The notes: generated from the sequence alone by a model not told the origin. 64,000 nucleotides of DNA from Octopus sinensis (GCF_006345805.1 NC_043005.1:91388001-91452000), one strand, 5' to 3'. Shown: positions 36,600-50,772, counted from the stretch's first letter. Numbers and translations are program-made.

Positions 36600-39500
36600 A
36601 AATCTGTCTATTTGATGTAATGAAAACTTAGTAATAGTACAAATTGACAGCAATTAGAGTGTCGGATAAAATACCTTGCAGTATTTATCCCACCTTACGT
36701 TCTGAGTTTAGATCCCATTGAAGTCATCTTTGCCTTTCACCTTTCTGGGGTCAAAAATAAAGTCTCAGTCAATATGATGGGCTTCTATGGTTTTTGTCCA
36801 TTACATTCCACTCACAAGGTATTAGTTAAGCTGAGACTGTAGTAGAAGGTACTTACTTAGATTGCCAGGCAGTAGAATTGAATTTGGAAATGCATGGTTG
36901 TTAAGCAGACTTCTCAACCACGTAGTCATGCTTGCATTCATGGCTGTGAGTTTAGTCTACTGTGGTAGTGGCCAATCAGAAGTTTAAAACTTGTCCCAGC
37001 CATTTTTTCTTCAGCACAATATATTTTTCTAACTTCAATATTACAATATACTACTACAGTTACTCAGCAGTAAATGGGTAACTCTCCAACAGGCTGGCAT
37101 TCTATTTAGGGAAAATGTTGGCCTTTCTACCTAGGCATCATTCAAAAACTACAATAATGCAAGGAAGCACATTGTGACAGCAGTGTATAACATTTGAGAG
37201 ACTGGTTGATTCAGCTATTTTGTCAACATAACTGAACAGTAAGTGACTGGGAGGGACATCTGTGAAAATATTTACTCCAGTAATACATACATGTCACAGC
37301 AACATCAAGATATCTAAATTTTCTTAAATAGGGACATACAACAAGAAATGGATTCGCTTTTGAGCAATGACTTTTTTGCAAAACATCTTGTATTTTGGTC
37401 AAAGATATTACCCAGATTAACTCTCTGTCCATGCATTCCCTGCAAATATTAACATTCAAATGTTAAATTTGAACCTTGAAATCAATCTTGGGTGATCTGG
37501 TAGAGTTATGGCACTGCTCAACACTGCTCATCTTCATTCATTTTATGTTCATTTTTGTATGTTAGCATGACTTGGACTAAATGAGGACAGTGAATTGGTA
37601 GAGCCATCAGAGCATCAGATAGACTATCCTACAGCATTTGTTCCAACTCTCTGTACTCCTAATTCAGATCCTGCCAATGTCAACTTTGCCTTTTATCCTT
37701 TCATTGGATGGGTGAAACTGTAAGAACCTCCAACCAGTTGCCTTCCAGTATTTGCTTTCTGACTTAAAATCCCACCATGGCCTACTTGCGTGATAAACTA
37801 AATACAACATCTTATTTAATACCACTATCTGGTCTTTGTATGCTTTAACAGATTTCACTCTGTTGCAAGCAATCAGACTAGGTCTCTCGTTTGAAGATAC
37901 CTTCCTCCTGCCAGTCTCAAAGTTCCTCTTAAAAAGGATCATAGGCACGATCATCCTTCGTGGCTAAAAAAAAAAATCCCAAAAAAAAGTCTGGGCTCGT
38001 CTTTCTCCCACCTTTCTTATTATTCCATTCTCTTCTTGATTTTGTTCCAGCTTTTTTCTCTGTTTCTCTTCTTTTTACTTTCCTGTTCCTATATCTCTCA
38101 GATTCTCTTCATTCTCAATCTTTCCAGTCTTTTTCTAAATTCCTATACCCTCACTCTCTACCTCTCTTACCATCCCATTATTTTCTCTTTCCTATTTTAC
38201 TTTTCTCTCTCAACTCTCACTTCTCTATTTCTTATTGTCTCCCCTTTCTTCTCGTCGTCACCAACACTGCAACTGTTACTATTAATAACCAAACTCAGTG
38301 TAGTATTAGCACTACAACAGTAGCAGCAGTAGCAATGTCTAAAACCTCTAACTGTAACCTTTGCCCAATGCTAGCTAGATATTTCTGCTGTACAAGCAAG
38401 GCATAAACATCTTAATGAAATATCCCGTTTTTGTTTACACTATGTCTAGACAGAATCTATCTTGGCATCATTCATTGTGTGTGTGTGTGTGTGTATACAT
38501 GCACACACATACACACACCTCTCTGTGATGTTGATCATTTCTTAATGGACTGAATATCTTGTACCTACTCGCTTGAAATAAATACAAATCATTCTTCTAA
38601 ATAGGTTTCAGTGACGGTGGGTTGTTGTTTGTCGGTAGAAGTGACTCCATTTCTGAGTTTAGCCTCCTCACCACCACTACCAGTACAATATCAAATTCTG
38701 TAGCAGGGATTGGAGTTCTGAGCAGATAATGTTTATACACAAGTTGACTGCTGTACAGATGTGTGTTGTTAACTTCCTCTTGGGTAACTGGGAAACAAAG
38801 TAGACTGCTACCTTTAAGTTAGGCCCTTTAAATGTGTCTTATTTCAGTTGCTGTATTTTCTGGTTTACAAGTCACATTTTTTGGACCAAAATTTGCAATT
38901 AAAAAAGAAAGGTCAACTTATACACCAGACAACTTTGGTGGACCAAAATTTCCATGTGAAATGCAGTAAAGTTTGGAAAGATAGTGACAATGTTTGAATG
39001 TTTATGCTATATACTACATCAACAATAATGAGAGTCGTGTGACTCTCATTAATCAAAATTCTCATTTTCCTGAGGACACAACTTCTTTGCTCTAGTCTAT
39101 AGATCAATGTGGCATTGCTAACTTCAAGAGCTGTTATCTGAGAAGAACTTTGAAACAATTCATAAAAGCCTCTAATAGTGAGAATAAAACAGGTCTATCT
39201 AATTGAGTGTCTAGTTAAACAAGCTTTGTTTAGATAATAATTATTTCTGACATAAGTGCAATATCAAAGCTTAGGTAGGGAAGGGAAACAGACAGTTAAA
39301 TCAACCTCAGCAAGGATTTGAACTCAGAAAGCTGATATGGTAATTGAAATAAGATACATTTGAAACTTAAAGGGCCTAACACGAAGGCAGAGGTCTACTT
39401 TATGTCCCTGGTTGCCTAAGCAGAAGTTAACAACACACATCAGTCAATATGTGTATAAACATTAACCCAGAAGGCATTTTGTTCACTCCTCTAACAATTC

Positions 39501-39929
39501 TACCATCCATTGCCATTAATTTAGCATCAAATTGTCTCTATGTATTATACCCATCACTTGCATTAAAACATCAATGCAGCGCTGAAAATTATAGGAATGC
39601 ATTCCTATAGCTTCTTTGTTTTTTCCCTTTTTTTCTTTTCTCTCTCTCTCTCTCTCTCTAAAAAGAATACAACCACATTTATGCATGATAATAACTTTTG
39701 AGCATAGACAGTGCAGTATGTACACAATAAAGACATTTCAAGAGAGATATTTTAGGAATCAAATAAGAATACAGTAATATCTTTGGCAGAGTGGATACTT
39801 GCCACAAATGATGTTGCCTCCTCCTATGTAACGGTAGGAAGCAGCTGCCATTGCAGCTAATTCCTATCATTACATCTTGCAGGGCTGAAGAACTTATCCA
39901 AAGTTGTTTGACCCTTATGACATACCATC

Positions 39930-41600
39930 TCTTTTATAACTCATTATTGGAACTGAACTTCTGAATGAACTTCTCTTGTATTATTCATGGTTACTGTCAT
40001 GATCAGGATATCATTCCCTTAGCCACATCTTTCCAGTCAACTGAAGCACAGTGGATGGAGCTGCTATATCTTCTTGCCCTGCAATTTCAACAGTATCAAG
40101 TTCTCTTTAGACAAACTTCTTCAAAGGGACTTGTAGCAACTCAACATCGTCCTTGATTTCTTCAAACCCTACATCATAGGCCAGTATCACAATATCTTAT
40201 TAAACTTCATGTAGACTTTTTACTGGCAGAAAACCAGTAAAGTCACAGATATTCTTTTCAACTCTAGGCACAAGACCCAAAACTGTTGGGGAGGGCACCA
40301 GTCAGTTAGATTGACCCCAGTATGCAACTGTTACCTAATTTATTGACTCCAAAAGGATGAAAGGCGAAATTTGAACTCAGAATGTAAAGACAGACAAAAT
40401 ACCACTAAGAATTTCATCCGGTGTATCATCGTTTCTGTCATCTCGCCACCTTAGTAAAGTCACAGATATTGTCTGTTCAAATGTTTCCCTAATATCATTT
40501 GTAGCTGAGGGTCCCACTTCATCTCATGACTCAGCTATGTTACTATAAGTTTCTTCTTTCCATCATTTGCCTTCATAAGTTGTTTCAAAGTTATTTTCAG
40601 TTAAAGTACCTTAGAGTTAGCTATCACACCTCAGTGTATTGACTGGAGCAAAGAAGCTTAGCTCTTGTGAATGTGTTCCGTCCTCATATTAAGTTTACTG
40701 ACTTCTTTGATGCATCTTCTATAAAGAGCAGTGCTTTGTTGAACATATTACATCTGATATTGTACAGCAGGGCAATAAATATTTGTAAACTAGTCTTTGA
40801 AAAAGCTCATAGACATCCAAACCTTCATATTTGAATCCCAAGTAGATTATATTTAGTATAACCATTGAAAACCCATGGATTTTCAGAATGTTATACTAAA
40901 TATAGAGACTTTAAATTTCAAATCACCATTAGTATTTTCTCCCTCCCACAAGTATTGGATGATTCTTGGAAGCTTTAAAATACAGAGCTATTTTTCAACA
41001 CTGTAGACATATGCTTGTAGGAAAGCTAATTCATGAACATTGATTGTTTGTTGTGATGTATTAGGGCTCAATCAGCAACCATTTTCTGCAGTTCCCGAGG
41101 ATAATTTGTAGCAGCCTCTGTATCAACACTGGCAAATTCACTAGTCATTTTTATACTGAGCAAATACTAGCTAAAAAAGTTTTGACTAAGAAGTTGTACC
41201 ATCCTCTTTTGGCAAATTGTAATACAAACTTTTAGTTTTTGCTTGAGTGACCATTGTATTATCAACACATTATGTCCAATTTGATCATTGATCCACATAC
41301 TCAAGAGCTGTTTCCTTTTATTCATCACATCAGGTCTTTGTGAAAACAATGTTTGAGGAGTAGCTACTTGAGTGCTTTGCCTAATTTTGTCTTTAAGTCA
41401 TTGTTCTCACTGTAGACACTGCAAACTTTAATACTTTTGCAATAAGGCTGAGCAAACTTTTGTAAAACATCAAGTGTAACACTCAATGTATAACTCCTTT
41501 TCACACTACTGTATTCACTTCAACTTGATTGCTTCTTTCTTGTCATCTTGAATAAGTGTAGTGCACTGTACTCCATGTTCGTAGTTAAATGTGTCTGTGT
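39930..41600 (-). pseudogene. Decayed Tigger/pogo (Tc1-mariner superfamily) transposase
   Basis: Minus-strand fragments LLSMWINDQ (CENP-B-type HTH region), EFASVDTEAATNYPRELQKMVA, NGDLKFK..YHSENP and DFTGF..DIVILAYDVGFEEIKDDVELL, in Tigger order. Many stops and frameshifts; split by a SINE at 40254-40452. Confidence 0.75.
40254..40452 (-). mobile_element. tRNA-derived SINE with 18-bp TSD, inside the Tigger remnant
   Basis: TSD agtaaagtcacagatatt at 40236-40253 and 40453-40470. Confidence 0.85.
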
Positions 41601-42232
41601 TAGTTAGAGTCAAGAAATTCCCATCGTATAATAAAACAGCAGAATCTGAGGAGAGTAATGCTGTTCTGCTTCAACAAAAAGTATTAACCGTATCACTTCA
41701 AATGCAAGAATGGAAATAAGAAAATAACAGGAGTGGAGGAGTGATGTCAAAGAATACAAGCTGTAGAATATGGGATGAAGCTTTGTCAGTTGAAAACGTT
41801 GCATGCATGAACAAAATAGGAGTTAGAAGGAAAGAGCAGGTAAGTGTTGGCAAGACTTTTGGGAGCAATGAAGAACAAGGTGTGAGAAGAGGAGAGTGTA
41901 TTGTAGGCTGCAAACAGCAAAAATATACAGAGTAAAGTGACAGAAAAATAAAGAAACTAATAGCCGGGCATATCACACCAAATATATATTATATTATCAT
42001 GATATATATAGGTATCATGATTTTAGTTTTTTATAGTAAAGTTTACTTTTTAAAGAGCAAAGTTAAACTTGTATCTTGAAATTAGTGGTCATCATCATTA
42101 TGATCCTATTTTACAATTTCTGAAAGTGTGGAATTTCATAACCAGTTTTCCTCTAACATGGTCAATGCCTCTGTTTACTTATGTATGATCTTCTCATTTT
42201 ATGAAAGATTTTTATATATTTATTCAATACAG

Positions 42233-42351
42233 GTTAGTAAAGATGAAGGCTTGGAACTCGCCAGGCAGCTGAAAGTTAGCTATACAGAAGCAAGTGCCAA
42301 AAACAGAATGAATGTTGACCAAGCATTCTATGATTTGGTCAGAATTATCAG
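42233..42351 (+). CDS. RRAS2: R-Ras2-like exon 5 (G5 SAK)
   Basis: tattcaatacag|GTTAGT...ATTATCAG|gtaatt; encodes [39 protein letters not shown](R); 119 nt. Confidence 0.96.
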
Positions 42352-42775
42352 GTAATTTTTTTCTCCAATTTGATTTTAAGATGAACATCCTTTTCTTTTA
42401 ATTCTCTCCCTCTTTTTATTTATTTATTCTTTGTTAATTTTATCTGCTTTGCTTAATAAATGAAGCAATATGAAGGTACAAATAATTTACTTCTCTGTAG
42501 TAATATCGTGAATAGATTGAAGCTGTTATTTAGCCTCAGGTCATTCCTGATTAAGCATATCTATGATGAAGAACATTGAAGATATGGCTATTTGGTTTCA
42601 TTTCAAGAGTAGTGTGCACAACACTACCTTATCCAACATATCCTTTTCTTTTTTAAGATGGAATGGTGTGATTTGAACAAGATAGATTTTGCTAATATTT
42701 TTAGTAAGTTGAACAACTATGTAGGTTCATTAGTTGCTGTTAACTGGATTTTTCTGTGGATGAAAATATTTTCCA

Positions 42776-43033
42776 AGATTGTTACCAATGTCGCCTTACT
42801 GGCACCTGTGCTGGTGGCATGTGTAAAAAGATTCGAGCGAGGTCATTGCCAGTACTGCCTGACTGGCACGTAAAAGGCACCCACTACACTCACGGAGTGG
42901 TTGGCATTAGGAAGGGTATCCAGCTGTAGAAACTCTGCCAGATCAAGACTGGAGTCTGGTTCGCCAGACCTCAGTCAAATCGTCCCAAGCCATGCTAGCA
43001 TGGAAAGTGGACGTTAAACGATGATGATGGTGA
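42776..43033 (+). mobile_element. RTE 3'UTR fragment
   Basis: acccactacactcacggagtggttggcattaggaagggtatccagctgtagaaac...catggaaagtggacgttaaacgatgatgat. Confidence 0.82.
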
Positions 43034-44390
43034 TTTGAAATGCAGTCTTCACTACAAATACTGCAACATTCACTACGTAATTGTTTAAAGTCCAGCAAAC
43101 TTGAAATGGTCTTTCCATTGAAAACCAAAATATCAGCTTAGTCAAGGTGAGTTAATGTACAAAATTAAAATTGAAAGGAGCCTCTAATTAGATATTCTTG
43201 ATGTGAGGAATGGTATTTGCTGTTCGCAAAATATTTGTCAGCTTTATAAAATATAGCAATACTAACACAATTGGCCCACCTCGTTCAAGTTAATAAGCAA
43301 GTTATGTATCCAGACTTGGCAAGAAAGTTTGAAAATATGTATGTCAAAATGATGTCTACATGATTAAGCTTTTGGACTTCTGGCCTTTAAACTATAGCCT
43401 GAATCTTAGCTACATGAATTTAGTTTCATTGTTGTAAATTGTTTGAAGAAATATGAAGTCTGGCAACCTTGGGATATTGTGTTTTTAGTGTATCATTTTG
43501 ACTGGAATAGATTTTTAAGTTTCAAGTAGTTACTGTACTTTCCTCATTCCATGACTTCAGTTTCTGGAATGCATTGTGTTCTTCAGGTACTACATTTTAT
43601 GTTACCCTAGTCTATTTAGCTGAAAATGCATACCAACTGAGTGATGGTGTGGCATTCTCTCCCTCCTATTGTCACAGGATCAGAGATGGGAGGGCTGAGA
43701 AGGTGCCTGTATCTGCTTACAACTCCACAAGCATCTAAAACAATTAATGAAAATATGCTATGTACTGCTAAGTTATACTCGCTTGTGAATGATGGCCATG
43801 ATTTTTTTTGTTTTTTACTTCCTTCATGGTCCATATTTACTACTAAAGAATTGTTTGCACAGAATAAAATTCAGGATTTCTAATAAGAATCTACAATTTA
43901 TCATGTTCCTGAACAAATCTTTCAGTTGTAACACTCTCTAATGTTGTAAATATAGACATATAAAGTTAAGTAGGTTTTTAGTTCAGCTACATTGCAATGC
44001 ATTTCTTCAGACAAAGACAGTTGCAATTTTCCCATTGTAAAAATTTAAGTGCCATTCCTTTTTCACAACTTCACAATTGCTGTTCTTTTAAAATTAAGTA
44101 TAGTGACCAGGAATTATTTAATGTAGCCATGAGACTGCACAGGGGTCTGAGAATTGTGGATAGACCAACTTTTTAGAAAAGATTCCATTGCACAGAGTTC
44201 GATCGTAATGTGATGATAGACTAGCCATTTTATGAAATATAAATGGCTACAAATGCAATGGATGCTGTTAGAAAAGTGTTCATCAATATATTCAAAGAAT
44301 TAGGTTTAAAGATCACAGTAGATACAAACTAAACAGAGTTCATTTCTTAGGCATAACTCTTGATTTAAGAACTCATAAATACTACTTTTA

Positions 44391-45019
44391 TAGTGTGGTG
44401 TATGCTTGGAGGAAATTCCTCTCTCTCTCTGTTATATACACATAAATACGGACGTAGTAGACAACAGCTAGCCTTCAGCTGCCCTTTTGGACCCTGTTGT
44501 GTTCACTACTCTGATTGGTTGGTATTAGCGCAATTTGTCTTTTGCCCTATTGCGTGCCAATATACAACCCAACCAATCACAGCCTTCTAATAAGGTCACG
44601 TAAGACAGTCTCTTCTAAACCTCAGTTTGCGCCGACTGCTCACTATAAAATTCTATTGACACATCGAGTCAATGTCTTTTGGTTCCAGACCTTTTAAGGT
44701 CTAGCCACTGACCACACAGGATACAGACAGTTCCAGCAACAACACAACAGCAGCCATATGGAGACTCATCAACTTCACCCAGCAGCATTCAGGACCTCCA
44801 TCTCTGTCGCCATCAACACTATTAGAAGGTTGCAATTGGTTGGGTTGCATATTGGTGCACAATAGCACAAGAGACAAATTGCACCAATACCAACCAATCA
44901 GAGTTGTGGACACAACAGGGTCCAAAAGGGCAGCCGAAGGCTAGCTGTTATCTATTACATCCATATTTATGTGTATGTAACAGAGAAAGAGGAATTTCCT
45001 TCAAGCGTACGCTACAATA
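44391..45019. mobile_element. MITE with ~200-bp terminal inverted repeats and a ~230-bp core
   Basis: Left arm 44391-44592 and right arm 44820-45019 are reverse complements (ggaaattcctct...cagctgcccttttggaccctgttgtg...ctctgattggttggtatt...ccttctaata); TA at both ends. Confidence 0.88.
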
Positions 45020-45197
45020 GTAAATCTAATGAAAATATGCAGTTACTAATATAGATTTCAACTATCTCCTAATAATCCTTAAAAATTTAGTTAATAACAC
45101 TAGTAAGTACACATCTATCTTATTCTCTGATGAGAAATCTTTTAAACATGTTACTCATTATTACAATGATATTTAAAAGACTGATTTTAAAATATAT

Positions 45198-45363
45198 CAT
45201 CATCATCATCATCATCATCATTTAACGTCCGCTTTCCATGCTAGCATGGGTTGGACGGTTCAACTGGGGTCTGGGGAGCCCGAAAGCTGCACCAGTCCAG
45301 TCAGATCTGGCAGTGTTTCTACAGCTGGATGCCCTTCCTAACGCCAACCACTCCGAGAGTGTA
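45198..45363 (-). mobile_element. RTE 3'UTR terminal fragment (young subfamily)
   Basis: (CAT)n ttaacgtccgctttccatgctagc...ccactccgagagtgta; close to 31818-31980. Confidence 0.85.
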
Positions 45364-47289
45364 AACAACACTAATCTTCATAAATGCAATGGTAGGAAAT
45401 AAAACATGGTATAATTCTCCTATAGTTTAAATGCCCATGCAATTTTAGTAGGATTTTCAAAAACCTTATATAACAAATATTTTTTCATAAGCCTTATATA
45501 ACATCTTTAATAAATATTTCATACTGTTTTATTTTCTGATTATCCTGTTTTGAGAACAGTATGCATTAATGACTGAAAGTAAGCTACAATCACACCAAAA
45601 CTCTGTGGCTAGTATAAACAGTAGAAATCTTATCAGTATAAATGTGCAAAATTCTTCTTTGTGTTACTGCAACAACTCTAATATCTGCTCTTGTAATGAT
45701 ATGTGGCTTTCTAGAGTTTATCAAACTAATGCAAACAGTGAAGCAAAAAGACATACAGATTTTACTGAATATCACTTTAAATCAAAAGATATATACACTC
45801 AGACACTCAGAAATGTTACAATGGGTCATAGAATACAGTAATAAAAAAGCCAAATGTATTTGGAGTTTAAAGGATACTAATATAAACAATTATAAAATTG
45901 TTTTGTTCATTGTAGAACGTGAGTCCTCCAAAGCAGAAGTTTAGCATTTCATCACAATCTTTTTGCAAATTTAAACTAAGAATGGAATTGTCAAATTTTT
46001 GTAGAAAATACTGAAAAGTTTCCAACAACAACTAACTAAAATAATTTATTTTCTACATCAAGGATTTGCCACACTGTTCAAGATTGTCATATAATAAAAA
46101 TAACATTGATTTGTTCTTGAACATTAAAACTTCGTTAGCAGAAGTTGTCTTCTTTCCTCCAATATATTGTTGCTCAGTATACACGTGATACTGGAGACAT
46201 GAATGTATCATGGTCTGCACATGACAATTAACTGGATGTCTGTGGGACACATTTTCTACTTTGTGTTTTTCACATACGATCAAATCTCTATATAATGTTG
46301 GTTCATCATATTACAGTCTGTTTACAAATATTTCAGTTTAAATATTGTCATGCTGTTTTCCCTACTTCAGTTGTTTCACTGATTGGTTACATGAGATTCA
46401 GTTTATGATTCATGAAGCTTCAGCTTGTAATAAAATATATACACACTGTATTTTATATTCTTTTCCCCATTTGTATAGACAAATGTTCAAACACACACAC
46501 ACACACACACACACATGTATATATGCTTGCACACACGTTTTGTATAGTCATTGATGATAGTTAAGGAGTTGATTGTCTGCCTCTGTATTACCAAGAACTT
46601 ATATTGGTTGCTTATTAAGGTAAGCTTCAAAAAGAACTGTTTCAAAAGCTAACAACATAACATCTATTGAAAGCTCTGAACTTCACATCTCACATGAACA
46701 AAAGTAGACTGATAGGCATAGATACAGCTCTTAATTTGCTTACTGTTATTGACACCATTTATGAATGGTACTTTATAAAAGAGAAAGTAAAGACAAAGGA
46801 AAAATGAAACGGTATGATGGAATTGTCTCATTGCAATATTATGAGGAGACAAATTACGTTTCTCTTTTCTCTTTCACTTAGGATTTTCTAGATATTTAAC
46901 CTGTGTTGAAATAAAAGATGTGAAAGATTTTTTTTCTTAGTTGTAATAATTCTTTACAATTTTTGGCACAAGGCCTGCAATTATGAGCCAGGGGAGATGA
47001 TGGTATCAACCCCAATGCTAAACTGGTACTTGTTTTATCGACCCAGAAAAGATGAAAGACAAAATTGACCTTGATGATAGCTGAGCTCAGAATGTAAAAC
47101 CAGAAGAAATGCTGCTAAATATTTTGTCCAGCTTGATTCTGCCAAATTGCCACCTCTTGTAGCTGTAATAATAATATTCTCCAACACTTGAATTTTTCAC
47201 TTCATTTTCACTTCATATTTATCCATTTTGTGTTATGCAAAAATAATTCTCTTCCTTAATCCATTTTCATTCCTTCATCTGTTTTCTAG

Positions 47290-47362
47290 AAAATTCCAAG
47301 ACGAAGAACGTCCACAAGTGAAACCTGAGAAAAAACTGAAACGAGCCTGCTGTATACTGTAG
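47290..47362 (+). CDS. RRAS2: R-Ras2-like last coding exon (hypervariable region and CaaX)
   Basis: ctgttttctag|AAAATTCCAA...ATACTGTAG; completes R, then KFQDEERPQVKPEKKLKRACCIL*; phase matches exon 5. Confidence 0.93.
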
Positions 47363-47648
47363 CATATTATCCAGTGTCTCTGCTTCTTCAGATAACAAGA
47401 TATTAATAACAACAACAACAAAAACAAACTACCCAGAAGTCTCTCACTCTATTGCGCACTCTCTCTTGTTCTTTTCCTCACTCACTCTATCTTTCTATCT
47501 GTATATCTATCTATCTATCTATGCCTATTTCTGGTTCTGTACTTTATTGCTCAGAGCCTCCTGCCAACCAACCACCCAACCAATCAGCATTCCTCACAGG
47601 ACAACCTGTTATCTACTTCCTCTGCCATTGTGTATAAAGTATAATATA

Positions 47649-47693
<45 letters not shown>

Positions 47694-47695
47694 TA

Positions 47696-47731
<36 letters not shown>

Positions 47732-48372
47732 TATATATATAGGTATGTATGTGTCTACTTGCATGCATTACTGTGCGTATATGAAATACATATACATAGA
47801 GAGAGATAGGTGTTACATATTCTAAATATTATGTTTATATGAAATATGTGTATATAATAATACACATACAAACAATATCATGTACATATATATATATATA
47901 GACATATATATGTGATTGTGTGTAAACTTCCCATGAATATGTAACCACACACACACACACACACGAATCCTTAATATGTGTACATGTTTGAAGTAATATA
48001 TATATGCACACACACATGCTAAGGCGTGTGTGTATACATATATTGTATATATATATATTTAAAATACTTATGTATATATATATATATAGGTATTTAAAAT
48101 AATGTTTGCATATGTGTCTATATATCATTGCATGTTTATTATTTTTAATTTGGCAGAAGTTACAGTGACCTAAGTGTTGAGAGTTTTGTATAATGGCACT
48201 TACCAAACTGCTTCATAATATCCCACACTTTGGGGAAGAACTGCTGCTAATCAAAAGTAATATTAGGGTTCCGTCTATCTTGTTTGTACTCCTAAACATA
48301 ACTTACACACACACACTGAGAAAGAGAGAGCATAGAATATAATATTTTGTATGTGTGTGTGTATATATATAT

Positions 48373-48598
48373 TAAGGCGGTGAGCTGGCAGAAACATTAG
48401 CACGCCAGGTGAAATACGTAGCCGTATTTCGTCTGCCGGTTACGTTCTGGGTTCAAATTCCGCCAAGGTCGACTTTGCCTTTCATCCTTTCGGGGTCGAT
48501 AAATTAAGTACCAGTTACGCCCTGGGGTCTATGTAATCGACTTAATCCATTTGACTGTCCTTGTTTAGCCCCATGTGGGTAGTTAAAAATAAAAAAAT
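48373..48598 (+). mobile_element. tRNA-derived SINE
   Basis: taaggcggtgagctggcagaa...gggttcaaattccgccaaggtcgactttgcctttcatcctttcggggtcgataaattaagtaccag...; flanked by (TA)n. Confidence 0.85.
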
Positions 48599-49397
48599 AT
48601 ATATATATACACACACATGTATATATTATTCTTGCAATGTGTGTAAGGCCATTTGAGCTGACAGATTTGCAAGGGCATTGAGCAAACAACTTGCAGCATT
48701 TGTTCCAGTTCTTTGCCTTGTGTTCAAATACTGCTGAGGCCTACTTTGCCTTTCGTCTATACAGGATAAGATAAAGTACCAATCACTTACCAGGGTCAGT
48801 GATATTAATTTTCTCCTTCTCTCAAAACTGCTGGCTTTGTGCCTAGACCAGAATCAATTAATTATAGTGTGTATGTGTGTCTCACTGTCGAGAGTTCAAG
48901 GGAACATGGTGGGACCAGTTAGAAGAACTTAAAATACTTGCATCTGAGTGTCAGTATATTTTGGATAAAGTAATGTGTTCCAACAAAAGTATGTTGTGTC
49001 GGTCTTGTGTTGAATCCATCACACAGACAAACAGGTGCACACAGAAAAATAGAGTTACCTCAACTGACTAGGTGTGTGTGTGTGTGTATGTTCATGTAAT
49101 CGTACAAGTCTCATGTGTATATGCCTACATGTGCCAGAATGTGTATGTATGAATGTGTATTTTTCTCTCTCTCTCTATCTCTCTCTATATATAATTATAA
49201 GTATATGTATATGCATATATATGTATATATATATATATATATATTTATATGTATGTATGTATATATATATGTTTGTATATATATGTATATGTATGTATAT
49301 ATGCATATATAGGTGTATGTATATATCTATATACATATATGTGTGTATACATGTGGATATATATATATGACATAAATATGTGTGTATATATATATAT

Positions 49398-49527
<130 letters not shown>

Positions 49528-49567
49528 GTATATATATACACATACATGTATATGTATTATGCCTTAT

Positions 49568-49812
49568 TGAAAAGCAAGAAAAATATCACAAAAACTGTTA
49601 CTCTCAGTTTCACATTCTCGTTTGTCGGACAGTTTCATTTAGAATGGATAGTTTTGTTTAGGTTCCATTCTAAACAACACTGTCTGACGAACGCGAGCAT
49701 GAAACTCTGAGTAACAATTTTAGTGATTTCTTGCTGCTTATAAAGCATATTACTCTACCTGGTATTCGAGTACTATTTTTTCCACCTTGTTTCACATTTA
49801 CGTGCTTACTTC
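49568..49812 (+). mobile_element. Penelope-like terminal repeat remnant: ~75-bp-arm palindrome with two opposed hammerhead-like motifs
   Basis: + strand 49681-49716: tgt CTGACGA acgcgagcat GAAA ctctgag TA aca. - strand 49593-49635: aaactgt CCGACAA acgagaatgt GAAA ctgagag TA acagttt. Confidence 0.65.
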
Positions 49813-49814
49813 GG

Positions 49815-49831
49815 TATATATATATGTATGT

Positions 49832-49864
<33 letters not shown>

Positions 49865-49882
49865 TATATATGTATGTATGTA

Positions 49883-49919
<37 letters not shown>

Positions 49920-49977
49920 TATGTATGTATATGTATGTATGTATGTATATGTATGTATGTGTATGTATGTATGTATG

Positions 49978-50009
<32 letters not shown>

Positions 50010-50035
50010 TGTGTATGTATGTATGTATGTATATG

Positions 50036-50095
<60 letters not shown>

Positions 50096-50281
50096 TGTAT
50101 ATGTATGTATGTATGTATGTATATGTATGTATGTATATGTATGTATATGTATGTATGTATGTGTATGTATGTATGTATGTATGTGTATGTATGTATGTGT
50201 ATGTATGTATATATATATATGTATATATATATGTATGTATATATATATGTATGTATATATATATGTATGTATATATATATG

Positions 50282-50328
<47 letters not shown>

Positions 50329-50686
50329 ATATATATGTATGTATATATATATGTATATATATATATGTATATATATATGTATGTATATATATATGTATAT
50401 ATATATGTATGTATATATGTATGTATATATGTATGTATATATGTATGTATGTATATATGTATGTATATATATATGTATATATATATATATGTATATATAT
50501 ATGTATATATATATATATGTAATATGTATGTATATATATATGTATATATGTATATATATATATGTATGTATGTATATATGTATATATATATATATATATG
50601 TATGTATATATATATGTATATATATATATATATATATGTGTATGTATATATATATGTTTATATATATGTATGTATATATATATGTT

Positions 50687-50772
<86 letters not shown>

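Noticed and set aside
37960-38406. 148-aa hydrophobic ORF (also 2663-2917, 4361-4717, 19197-19896)
   Set aside because: Low-complexity pyrimidine- or T-rich sequence gives F/L/S-rich translations with no recognisable motif or splice support.
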